DNA of 64,000 nucleotides, taken from assembly GCA_964448235.1 (NCBI GenBank), contig CAYUWD010000002.1, forward strand, positions 307 to 64,306, given 5' to 3'. The position numbers and the translations under genes were made by a program. This document shows, piece by piece, positions 1 through 8,699 of this stretch (position 1 is its first letter; each line of letters begins with the position of its first letter). The notes beneath the pieces were generated by a model that was not told the origin of the DNA, searched no databases, and saw nothing but the letters and a program-made list of their open reading frames with translations. The stretch is from an uncultured Bacteroidales bacterium (GTDB taxonomy: Bacteria > Bacteroidota > Bacteroidia > Bacteroidales > ML635J-15).

Positions 1-828
1 AATCCTTTTGTATTTCCACAAGCAGATGTTTGCATACATACTGCTGCTTTATCTGATGACAAGGCAACATATAACGAATTATACAAGCCTAATGTAATTG
101 GAACACTTAATACTTTAAATGCTGCTAGAAATACTAGAACATTTATTCACATATCTTCTTCTTCGGTTTACTTGCCTCATCCTAAAGCTTTAACAGAAGA
201 TATGGCGGGAAATCAAAATAATAAGTTACTATCCCCTTATGGTAAATCAAAACTTGAAGCAGAAAAGATTCTTAAAAAAAATGCAAAACATGAATCTTGC
301 TTCATTTTAAGACCACGAGCCTTCTATGGTGTTGGCGACAGAGTTATTTTACCTAGAATACTAAAACTAGTAAAAAACAATATTTTCTCACGCCCGGGAG
401 ATATGAGAATAAATGTCAGCCTAACACATTATGACAACATTGCTAAAGCAATTGATTTATGTATTTCATCTGAAAAAAAAGGGATACATATATACAATGT
501 TGCCGATGCACAACCTTATGTTTTTGTTGAAGTCATTCGCAAAATAATTAAGGCTGTTTACAAAAAACCAATAAAAGAAAAGAAAATAGGCTTATGGATT
601 CTTAAACTAATGTCCATATTCAAAATTGGAGGAATTACACCACTCTTGGTACGTTCATTTTCACAAGACATGACTTTAGATATTAGTAAAATACAAAAAG
701 AACTCAATTATGAAGCTGTTGCTGATTTCGATTCAAAACTTACTGAATTATCAGATTGGATTACAGAAATTGGAGGTATTGAAGCGCTAAAATCTGGAGA
801 CAAAAAATACGCCTGGCTAGTTAAATGA
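1..828 (+). CDS. NAD-dependent epimerase/dehydratase (extended SDR) family protein, 5'-truncated by window edge
   Basis: Frame 1 is open from nt 1 (NPFVFPQADVCIHTAALSDD...NVIGTLNTLNAARN...FIHISSSSVY), so the track start at 172 (TTG) is internal. SDR catalytic YxxxK motif 'YGKSKLEAE'. ATGA stop/start overlap with the next gene. Confidence 0.75.
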   Translation, partial: NPFVFPQADVCIHTAALSDDKATYNELYKPNVIGTLNTLNAARNTRTFIHISSSSVYLPHPKALTEDMAGNQNNKLLSPYGKSKLEAEKILKKNAKHESCFILRPRAFYGVGDRVILPRILKLVKNNIFSRPGDMRINVSLTHYDNIAKAIDLCISSEKKGIHIYNVADAQPYVFVEVIRKIIKAVYKKPIKEKKIGLWILKLMSIFKIGGITPLLVRSFSQDMTLDISKIQKELNYEAVADFDSKLTELSDWITEIGGIEALKSGDKKYAWLVK

Positions 829-1226
829 TAAAAAAACAAAATCATATTACAAAAAAAACTATATATATTTCTCTTGGAATCATATTTCTTGGACTAGCAT
901 ACATAGGTATTATTTTACCAGGATTTCCTGCAATTCCATTTATTATTCTTGCATTATTCCTATTTGCAAATAGTTCAGAAAAACTCTACTCATGGATGTT
1001 GCGACAGAAGATAATAGGTAAAATAGTTACAAAAACTAACGCTAGGAAGAAAAATCTTTGGTTTAGACTATTTGTTATATCTCAACTCTGGGTTTCAATA
1101 AGTGTTGCAATAATATTATTTATAAGTAATTGGATATGGATAAGTACACTTATCTTAAGTGGAATAGTCTTTAGTTATTTGACATATCGTCTACTTCAAT
1201 GGTTACAAAACGAGAATATCAAATAA
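825..1226 (+). CDS. YbaN/DUF454 family inner-membrane protein
   Basis: 133 aa, 3-4 TM segments. 'GIILPGFPAIPFIILALFLFANSSEKLYSWML' resembles the conserved YbaN N-terminus (LP..PTTPF.LLA...FA.SS.R...WL). Confidence 0.7.
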   Translation: MIKKQNHITKKTIYISLGIIFLGLAYIGIILPGFPAIPFIILALFLFANSSEKLYSWMLRQKIIGKIVTKTNARKKNLWFRLFVISQLWVSISVAIILFISNWIWISTLILSGIVFSYLTYRLLQWLQNENIK

Positions 1227-1229
1227 CTC

Positions 1230-2147
1230 CTATTGTGAAACAAATCTTTTTGCTGCAAGATACTCCTGTGGACAAATAAATATTTTTGTATCAGGCATAA
1301 TTGTATAGCCTCTTCCATCCGGATTATATTTCTCAAATAATGCAACAATTTTATTTGCATATTCATTGATATTCATATCCTCAAGCATATTCAATTCACG
1401 TACATTAATCAAATCAGAATCTTTAAAATTATATGCATCTGTACTTTGCTGTGTATTTAGAGTAACCTGACCCCAAGATTCAAAAAACCTACTGATATTT
1501 TTAAGCATAAGCTTAAAATGTGAACTATGATTAAGGTTTAAATAATGAGAATTAACAAAGCCTATATTCTCTTGCACACACAGTTTCTCAAATTTTTGAA
1601 CCCAGTACCAATATCTAGGATTATCGGGATGAATAAATGGGAAAAGATTACAACTCAAATTATAATCACAATGCCCAAATGCAACTTGTTTAAATTTTGG
1701 ATGTTTAAACTTCATAATTGCTTCAATATTTGCAAAAGCCTCATTACTTTCTACAATAGGAATTATTTCCTGAAAATTGATATCCGAATTTTCATTAAGA
1801 AAACTCTCCATAATATCAGGCGAATGCACATTAGCAAGAAACAGAGCATTAAACTCCATTCCTTCAAGTTGATTTAATGCTACAATATCATCATGATATC
1901 TATTTAGTCCATACTCATTAATTCTAAATCCCAACCAATCACCAAGTACATTTGACTTATTCTTTAACAACAAATTTATGACCTTTGTCCTATAATCTGT
2001 TTTATATCGGTTTGTATCATTTTTTTTAAAATCAATGATACTATCTTCAAAATCAAAACATGATAGGGTATTTTGTTCAGATAGCTGTTTATGAAAATCG
2101 ATAAAAGTATTTTCTTTAAACTTAACAAATTGGTAAGAAGTAATCAT
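1230..2147 (-). CDS. Divergent HpcH/HpaI aldolase / citrate lyase beta (CitE)-like family protein (tentative)
   Basis: 305 aa. 'CFDFEDSI' resembles the CitE 'LDLEDAV' motif, 'LGFRINEYG' resembles 'VRVN', 'IIPIVESNEAFANIEAI' resembles 'IETA.G..N..EI', and 'VAFGHCDYNLS' resembles 'FGA.DL..DL'. Motif-level recognition only. Confidence 0.4.
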   Translation of the reverse strand: MITSYQFVKFKENTFIDFHKQLSEQNTLSCFDFEDSIIDFKKNDTNRYKTDYRTKVINLLLKNKSNVLGDWLGFRINEYGLNRYHDDIVALNQLEGMEFNALFLANVHSPDIMESFLNENSDINFQEIIPIVESNEAFANIEAIMKFKHPKFKQVAFGHCDYNLSCNLFPFIHPDNPRYWYWVQKFEKLCVQENIGFVNSHYLNLNHSSHFKLMLKNISRFFESWGQVTLNTQQSTDAYNFKDSDLINVRELNMLEDMNINEYANKIVALFEKYNPDGRGYTIMPDTKIFICPQEYLAAKRFVSQ

Positions 2148-2302
2148 TACAATATTTTTTAAAAAAACACAGACTAATTTGACCTTTTAAAACTCTTTTC
2201 AAATAATTTTAACGCCAGTAAAGATAGTTTATATGTTACAAATATCAAAATTGGCCATGCAATTAAATACAAAATTTCATTTAAATAATTCATAATAAAA
2301 AA

Positions 2303-3442
2303 CTAATATGTAAATTCTTTTTTGTCATTTATTTCTTGCTCGTTAATTTTTTTCTTGTTTATTGCGCGCCAAGCAATAACAATGTATGCAAACACAAAAG
2401 GTATAATTAAAGAAACAATAGACATTATTTTCAAAGTAAATAAACTGGCACTGGAGTTGGTTATTGTTAAGGAACTTTGCAAATCAAAATAAGATGGATA
2501 AAATACAGTGTTATTATATCCTGCAAGAAGGAAAATAGCTAAAACGACTAAAATAGTTCCAGTTGAACTAAACCAAAACCCTTTATCATATTGTTCTTTT
2601 CGCATTATGGTGATTATAATACCCCACAAAAAAGCTAAAACACCTACAATAAATGCAATAAGAAGCACAGGCATTTTAATAAAATTATGTAAATATTTAT
2701 TCTTTTCAAGAAATACCACTCCATGTATATCAACTGCATATCCATCTTTAATTAATAAAAACGCCATAAAAGAGATAAAAAAGATAAGAAAAAGCGAAGA
2801 ATTAACTACTAGCTTTTTTCTAATCCTAGCATAAATAATTGTATGACTAATTGTATTTGCAAAATATAATAATCCTAATACTCTAGCTAGAAAGAAAATT
2901 GCAAAACCCAATGAAAGATTGTGCCACGACAATAATGCTTCTAATCCTCTAGTATTGTTTTGCCATTCGACATTATTCATCATATTTATTGAATATTCTG
3001 CACCATTAAAGAATGTTCCCACAATAACTCCAATTAAGATTGTTCCAAATAATCCATTTATAAGCAATAAAAGCTCAAAAAACTTTGCTCCAAATACATT
3101 TCCTTTTTTAGATCTATATTCATACGATACAGCTTGTATAGTAAAAGCAAGCAACAATGCAGTCCATACCCAATATGCTCCTCCAAAACTAACAGAATAA
3201 AACAAAGGGAAAGAAGCAAAAAATGCCCCACCAAAAGTTACAAGTGTTGTAAATGTAAATTCCCATTTTCGACCTAAAGTATTTATCAACATTTTTCGTT
3301 CAGTTTCTGTTTTGCCTACAGTATATATTAATGTTTGTCCTCCTTGTACAAACAATAAAAACGTTAATAATGCACCCAATAAAGAAATTATAAACCACCA
3401 ATATTGCTGAAAAAACAGATATGAAATCTCTAATATTAACAT
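2303..3442 (-). CDS. cydB: Cytochrome bd ubiquinol oxidase subunit II
   Basis: 379 aa polytopic membrane protein immediately downstream of cydA, with a 1-nt overlap. Size and TM pattern are typical of CydB. Confidence 0.85.
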   Translation of the reverse strand: MLILEISYLFFQQYWWFIISLLGALLTFLLFVQGGQTLIYTVGKTETERKMLINTLGRKWEFTFTTLVTFGGAFFASFPLFYSVSFGGAYWVWTALLLAFTIQAVSYEYRSKKGNVFGAKFFELLLLINGLFGTILIGVIVGTFFNGAEYSINMMNNVEWQNNTRGLEALLSWHNLSLGFAIFFLARVLGLLYFANTISHTIIYARIRKKLVVNSSLFLIFFISFMAFLLIKDGYAVDIHGVVFLEKNKYLHNFIKMPVLLIAFIVGVLAFLWGIIITIMRKEQYDKGFWFSSTGTILVVLAIFLLAGYNNTVFYPSYFDLQSSLTITNSSASLFTLKIMSIVSLIIPFVFAYIVIAWRAINKKKINEQEINDKKEFTY

Positions 3443-5016
3443 TATTTTTTCCCTCCCTTATCTTCTGGAAAATTAGGTCCTATTTTAATAAAATGTATCA
3501 TAATACTCAATTCAGTAATTAGTAATGCTGTAAAAACAAATGCAAAAATCCAGAATGTCAACTGAACAGAATTACTACTAATATTTGTAACACCGGCTTT
3601 TGTTGTCATTAAATCCTGAATTACCCATGGTTGCCTTCCAAGTTCAGCAACAATCCATCCTGCTTCTGATGCTATAAAAGCCATTGGGATACTCAACACC
3701 CCTATTATATACAATAGCTTAGAGCACTTTAGATTCTCTATTTTATTTTTAATTGTGAACCAAGCAAAAAACAAAAAAATAAATACAAACAAAGTACCTA
3801 AAATAACCATAATATGAAAACTATAGAAAACTATAGAAACACTAGGAACAATATCATTAGGTTCATCTACATAGGAATAGCCAAAATGTTCGAAGTTATC
3901 CATCAAAATGGTTAGATGCTTTTCAGATTCAACAACATTTCCTTCTTTTTTATATGTTTTATAAGCGATTAAAGCATCCATAGCATTGTTGCCTCTTTTG
4001 ATTCGCTCTTGAGTAGATAAAATGTTCTGCTCAGGATTACCTTCAATAATATCATTAATCCCGGCAACATACGAATTAGAATTTCCATCAATTAAAAAAC
4101 TTAATATTTTTGGCATTCCAATCTTAAAAACAAAAGGATCTTCGTCATTATCTACTGTTTTCTTTGGGTTTAAAAATCCGATAGCAATCAGTTCAACCCC
4201 TTCACCCCCTTCATATAAACCTTCCATTGCTGCAAGTTTCATTGGTTGATGTTTTGCGACTTGTACTGCGGATCCATGTCCTGTAAATATCAATGCTATT
4301 ACTGAAATAAATCCAAAGACAGATGAAATAATTATACTTCTTTTTGCCAATAAAGACTCTCTTTTTCGCAACAAATAGTATGAACTAACACCTATAACAA
4401 ATAAAGCTGCTAAAACATAACCGCTTGTTATAGTATGTAAAAACTTATTTATCGCAACAGGAGAAAGAAACACATCCCAAAAATTGATCATTTCATTTCT
4501 AGCTGTATCAGGATTAAATCTCATTCCTACAGGGAATTGCATCCAGCCATTTGCAACCAATATCCATAAAGCAGATAGATTTGCTCCCAAGGCAGTTAAC
4601 CAAGTTGATAAAAGATGGAACTTTTTACTTACTTTATTCCACCCAAAAAACATTACAGCGATAAAAGTACTTTCCATAAAGAATGCCATAATACCTTCAA
4701 TTGCTAGAGGAGCTCCAAAAATATCGCCAACAAACCAAGAATAATTTGACCAATTTGTGCCAAATTCAAATTCTAATATTAAGCCTGTAGCAACTCCAAT
4801 AGCAAAATTAATCCCAAATAACTTCATCCAGAACTTTGTAATACGTTTCCACTCGGGCTCTCCTGTTTTAACATATATCGATTCCATAATCGCTATAATA
4901 AACAATATCCCTAATGTTATTGGAACAAAAATCCAATGAAACATAGCTGTTAAAGCAAATTGCGCTCTTGACCAATCAACCAGAGATGGGTCAATGTTTA
5001 AGAATAATTGTGTCAT
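3442..5016 (-). CDS. cydA: Cytochrome bd ubiquinol oxidase subunit I
   Basis: 524 aa. Conserved N-terminus 'WSRAQFALTAMFHWIFVPITLG' and the hallmark 'EAGWIVAELGRQPWVIQ' (GRQPW) motif. Long Q-loop region. Confidence 0.9.
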   Translation of the reverse strand: MTQLFLNIDPSLVDWSRAQFALTAMFHWIFVPITLGILFIIAIMESIYVKTGEPEWKRITKFWMKLFGINFAIGVATGLILEFEFGTNWSNYSWFVGDIFGAPLAIEGIMAFFMESTFIAVMFFGWNKVSKKFHLLSTWLTALGANLSALWILVANGWMQFPVGMRFNPDTARNEMINFWDVFLSPVAINKFLHTITSGYVLAALFVIGVSSYYLLRKRESLLAKRSIIISSVFGFISVIALIFTGHGSAVQVAKHQPMKLAAMEGLYEGGEGVELIAIGFLNPKKTVDNDEDPFVFKIGMPKILSFLIDGNSNSYVAGINDIIEGNPEQNILSTQERIKRGNNAMDALIAYKTYKKEGNVVESEKHLTILMDNFEHFGYSYVDEPNDIVPSVSIVFYSFHIMVILGTLFVFIFLFFAWFTIKNKIENLKCSKLLYIIGVLSIPMAFIASEAGWIVAELGRQPWVIQDLMTTKAGVTNISSNSVQLTFWIFAFVFTALLITELSIMIHFIKIGPNFPEDKGGKK

Positions 5017-5233
5017 TCTTAGCTGTTTTAATTAATTCATTTATAACATGTTCACTTCTTTGTTCATCCGAAGAATAATTCTTTTTCAAATAATTTGGAA
5101 AAAAAACAAACTTAATAAGCACAAACACAAGAAAACCTTTAAGCAAAATAATTAGCCATAACTGTTTACCCCATAAAGGCATATTTTTAAATCCTTCATA
5201 ATAAAATTTAAATATTTTTTTCAAAATACTCAT
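4991..5233 (-). CDS. DUF4492 domain-containing small membrane protein (cydAB-associated)
   Basis: 80 aa. 'KKIFKFYYEGFKNMPLWGKQLWLIILLKGFLVFVLIKFVFFPNYL' matches my recollection of the small ORF that precedes cydA in Bacteroidota. Overlaps cydA by 26 nt. Confidence 0.65.
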   Translation of the reverse strand: MSILKKIFKFYYEGFKNMPLWGKQLWLIILLKGFLVFVLIKFVFFPNYLKKNYSSDEQRSEHVINELIKTAKNDTIILKH

Positions 5234-6318
5234 TTTTGTTTTTTTCGTTTTTTATAATGCAATGGATCTCCTAATTCTCCATATCCAATAGTATCTCCCG
5301 ATTTATTTATTTGTTTTTCCAACTGTTTTATATATTTATCTGTCTCCGGAATAATTTCAGGTTTTCCTTTATAGAGGTTGTACGACTGATGATACTTTAC
5401 AGGAGTAATATTTGGCATAATAACATTTGCTCCTAATCTAATCCCCTCTTCTCTACCATCAGGATTAATAGCTTGTAAGGCTGTTGCAGAGGCAATATTT
5501 ACATCTTTCATAAGAATTCGTAACACTGCTATCATTTTAAGTGTAAGAAAATATCTTTCTTTAATTGGTAATAATAAGTTTTTGTATTTATAAAGAGGTG
5601 TATCTTCATGCTCAATATATGGCCCCATACCACACATATCAATATCATACTCTTTCATAAAGAGTAAATCATTTGCCAAATCTTCTATAGTTTGAAACGG
5701 CAATCCAATCATAACTCCTGTACCTACAATATATCCTGAATTTCTTAAATCAATAAGTGCTTTCGTCCTGTTTTCAAAATTATGCAGTCTATCCTTAGGA
5801 TGAATTTTATAATACAATTCTTGATTTGAGCTTTCAATCCTTATCAAATACCTTGAAGCACCGGCACTATACCATTTTTGATACACTTCGGGAGTCTGTT
5901 CGCCCAGTGATAATGTAATCCCAATAGGTTTAGATGATAAAGACTGTATTTTCTTTAACAAGTTCTCTATTCTATCAACAAATTCTTTATCCTTACGTTC
6001 TCCTGATTGAATTACAATAGATCCCCAATCTCTATTAATAGCATATTTTGCTGCTTGAAGGACTTCTTCATCAGATACATTATACCTCTCAACATTAGTA
6101 TTGCCTCTACGAATTCCACAATAGAGACAATTTTTCGAACAAATATTTGACAATTCTATTAAACCTCTAAAAAATGTAAAATTTCCGGAATTTTCTTTCT
6201 TAATTTTTGATGCTTTATCAAAAATTATCTCAGCATCTTTTCCTTCTGTTGACAATAGAGTAACTATATCCTTATGATTAAGGTGTTCTTTGTCTAAAAT
6301 TTTTTTTATCTCTTGCAT
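5230..6318 (-). CDS. hydE: Radical SAM enzyme, [FeFe]-hydrogenase maturase HydE-type (BioB/HydE/PylB clade)
   Basis: CxxxCxxC cluster motif in 'LSNICSKNCLYCGIRRGN'. 'ITLSLGE', 'GASRYLIRIESSN', 'GVMIGLPFQTIEDLANDLLFMKEYDIDMCGMGPYI' and 'GANVIMPNITP..Y...YNLYKGK' closely parallel Thermotoga HydE as I recall it. The track ORF extends to 6351, but Met-12 (MQEIKKIL, start 6318) is the likelier start. ATGA overlap with the DUF4492 gene. Confidence 0.7.
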   Translation of the reverse strand: MQEIKKILDKEHLNHKDIVTLLSTEGKDAEIIFDKASKIKKENSGNFTFFRGLIELSNICSKNCLYCGIRRGNTNVERYNVSDEEVLQAAKYAINRDWGSIVIQSGERKDKEFVDRIENLLKKIQSLSSKPIGITLSLGEQTPEVYQKWYSAGASRYLIRIESSNQELYYKIHPKDRLHNFENRTKALIDLRNSGYIVGTGVMIGLPFQTIEDLANDLLFMKEYDIDMCGMGPYIEHEDTPLYKYKNLLLPIKERYFLTLKMIAVLRILMKDVNIASATALQAINPDGREEGIRLGANVIMPNITPVKYHQSYNLYKGKPEIIPETDKYIKQLEKQINKSGDTIGYGELGDPLHYKKRKKQK

Positions 6319-6400
6319 AAATACAAATATAATAAGACCAAAATTAAACAATTAAAGTTAAATAGAAAACCTTAAATTAATAAGGATTACTCTTTTTTAT

Positions 6401-6949
6401 TTACAAAATATCAGGATCAAAAAAACTAAAATGGACATTTCCATACTTTTTTTCCATCAAAAAGTGTTCGAAATCAGAAAAATCGTTAATATGAGAATGT
6501 TCAATAATAAGAAATGAAGTATCTGAAAGAATATTAGCATTAAAAACTGAATGATATATATTTTCAATTTTATCCAATTTATATGGAGGATCTGCAAAAA
6601 CAATATCATATTTGTTTTTACATGTATTTATATATCTAAAGACATCTGATTTCACAATTTTTGCCTGTTCAAACCCCATATTATTAAATTGCTTCTCTAT
6701 AAATCCTGCATTTTGAAAATTACTTTCCACTGCAACAAGAGATTTTACACCTCTACTACAAAATTCATAAGATATACTTCCCGTTCCACTAAACAAATCT
6801 AATACATCTATATTTTCAAAATTAAAAGAATTGTATATAATATTAAATAATGCTTCTTTTGCAAAATCTGTTGTAGGTCGTGCTCTGAAATTTGTTGGAG
6901 GGTTTATCGATTTACCTCTATATCTACCACCAATAATTCTCATTAACAC
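6401..6949 (-). CDS. rsmD: 16S rRNA (guanine966-N2)-methyltransferase RsmD
   Basis: 182 aa. 'MRIIGGRYRGKSI...RPTTDFAKEALFNII' N-terminus, SAM-binding 'LDLFSGTGSISYE', catalytic 'FADPPY'. The start could instead be the internal MRIIGG. Confidence 0.8.
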   Translation of the reverse strand: MLMRIIGGRYRGKSINPPTNFRARPTTDFAKEALFNIIYNSFNFENIDVLDLFSGTGSISYEFCSRGVKSLVAVESNFQNAGFIEKQFNNMGFEQAKIVKSDVFRYINTCKNKYDIVFADPPYKLDKIENIYHSVFNANILSDTSFLIIEHSHINDFSDFEHFLMEKKYGNVHFSFFDPDIL

Positions 6950-7785
6950 ACATTTAAAAAGTTATAAAAATAATGTGGCAATGTTTCTTGAAATTTAAAG
7001 TAATATTTATAATCAGTGTTTTGTGATTCAAAATATACTTGTGAAACAAATTTTCTTAAGTTTAAAATTGTTAAATTATCAGTATCTATAAAACCAGAAA
7101 ACACAATCGGTGTTTCTGTTTGAGATAATTTTAATTGTTCAAAAACATTAATTATATAGTATAAAATGTCATTATTGGTTTTATATCTAAATGAATTATA
7201 GAAAGTTAATTCTGTATTATCCAAGACAATAACCTCTATAAAATCATCTAGTACATGAACAAACATTTTTGCCCCATTAGAATCTTCTGCAATTTTGTTC
7301 TTATGATAATGATTCTCAATAAAAGGATGCGTTAAAGACAATAAATTTATTTTGCCAAATAATTGTTGCAATCTATTTTTAAGACTTTTACGAACAGGAA
7401 AAATGACGATATTATCTGAACGTTCTAAATAACTCGAATACAAATCATTTTCACTTGCTAATTCAAAGCTCAAGTTATATAAATCATTTTTTCTCTCTTC
7501 TAAGTAAAAAGCATCCGGAATAATTGTAACTTCTTTAGTAGCAATTATAATATTAACTTCCTGATGCTTATATTTAATTAGTTTCTCACTTTCAATAAAG
7601 TCAAAACATTGATCTAAATAATCATTCGATTCATTAATATATTTCGAAACTAAAGCAATATATTTTTGAGATTCAATATGGAATAATGAATAAGAAAGTC
7701 CATTCTGTGTAAACAAAATGGACAATTTTATATTTTCAGAACTAAAATTCTCTGTATCTGTATCTTTAATACAAAGGGATTTCAT
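6943..7785 (-). CDS. DUF3822-like hypothetical protein
   Basis: 280 aa, no TM segments. Position immediately upstream of and overlapping rsmD matches the common Bacteroidota DUF3822-rsmD arrangement, recalled from memory. Confidence 0.45.
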   Translation of the reverse strand: MKSLCIKDTDTENFSSENIKLSILFTQNGLSYSLFHIESQKYIALVSKYINESNDYLDQCFDFIESEKLIKYKHQEVNIIIATKEVTIIPDAFYLEERKNDLYNLSFELASENDLYSSYLERSDNIVIFPVRKSLKNRLQQLFGKINLLSLTHPFIENHYHKNKIAEDSNGAKMFVHVLDDFIEVIVLDNTELTFYNSFRYKTNNDILYYIINVFEQLKLSQTETPIVFSGFIDTDNLTILNLRKFVSQVYFESQNTDYKYYFKFQETLPHYFYNFLNVC

Positions 7786-7795
7786 ATTTTAAGTA

Positions 7796-8413
7796 TTACT
7801 CCCAATTACCTGCATTATTATTTGCTTCAGACAAATGTCCTACTCTAAGACAAGTATCTTTTTTCATAGCATTATAATTTATAATGAGCTGTTTATCAAG
7901 ACCATCCAGAATTTCTTTATTTAATGCATAACACTGAAACACCTTAACTTCTACCCCTGATCCAGTCATTACAGCATTTGTATCCATAATAAACTGAGTC
8001 TTAGTTCCTGTAGGAATATACCCTAAAGAATCTATAGGATAATTAATATGTTTAAAAAGTGAATCCATAATTGGCACAAAAAATGTATCTCGCGAAATAA
8101 TTCCTAATTTAAGTGCTTCTTTTTCTGTTAAAGAATCCGGAACAAATCCAATAGCTCTAACAACTCTAATATTTTCTTTCTTAATAAAGTCAATCAATGT
8201 ATCAAAATCAGGAGTATAATAACCAGTAACTTCTTTAAACGAAACCTGAGCAGTTCTAATATCCTTTAATCGATTAATTGTTTCTTCGAAACGCGCTGTT
8301 CTTTCCTTTTCAAAGTCAATCGGTTTATTTATTCCCACTATAATAAAATAAGCTAACGCTATGATTGCGCCGAGCAAAACAATTTTTAATATTATCCCAA
8401 CTGTTTTATTCAT
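7796..8413 (-). CDS. Hypothetical protein with N-terminal membrane anchor
   Basis: 205 aa. Single N-terminal hydrophobic helix 'GIILKIVLLGAIIALAYFIIV'. No motif I recognise. Same strand as, and 10 nt upstream of, the DUF3822-like gene. Confidence 0.5.
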   Translation of the reverse strand: MNKTVGIILKIVLLGAIIALAYFIIVGINKPIDFEKERTARFEETINRLKDIRTAQVSFKEVTGYYTPDFDTLIDFIKKENIRVVRAIGFVPDSLTEKEALKLGIISRDTFFVPIMDSLFKHINYPIDSLGYIPTGTKTQFIMDTNAVMTGSGVEVKVFQCYALNKEILDGLDKQLIINYNAMKKDTCLRVGHLSEANNNAGNWE

Positions 8414-8699
8414 TTCTATAAGTTTAATTTAGTTTCGACAACAAAAATAATTTATTTTTTTTAAACTTTTATTAAAATTCAATATAATTATACAATATTA
8501 AGATAAAATAACATATATGTCTAATAATATTAAATTAATAGTTTGGAATTTTGATTTATAAATATTTAATTACTCTTATTTTTGAGATATTTAACATAAG
8601 TCCATAAAATCTCTCAACAAAAATTGTTAAAATAAATATCTAAATAGAAGAATAAAATGGTCTAATAGTAATAGCTTTGCATAGACAAATAATAAAACA

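Noticed and set aside
172-828. Track start codon at 172 for the first ORF
   Set aside because: The same frame is open back to nt 1 and encodes upstream SDR sequence, so the gene is truncated by the window edge rather than starting at the TTG.
1545-4939. Antisense ORFs nested in the CitE-like gene, cydB and cydA (1545-1877, 2508-2834, 2919-3200, 4022-4249, 4484-4744, 4757-4939)
   Set aside because: They lie wholly inside longer, motif-supported genes on the opposite strand. Their low-complexity, Ile/Leu/Phe/Lys-rich translations are typical of AT-rich antisense frames, and no motifs are present.
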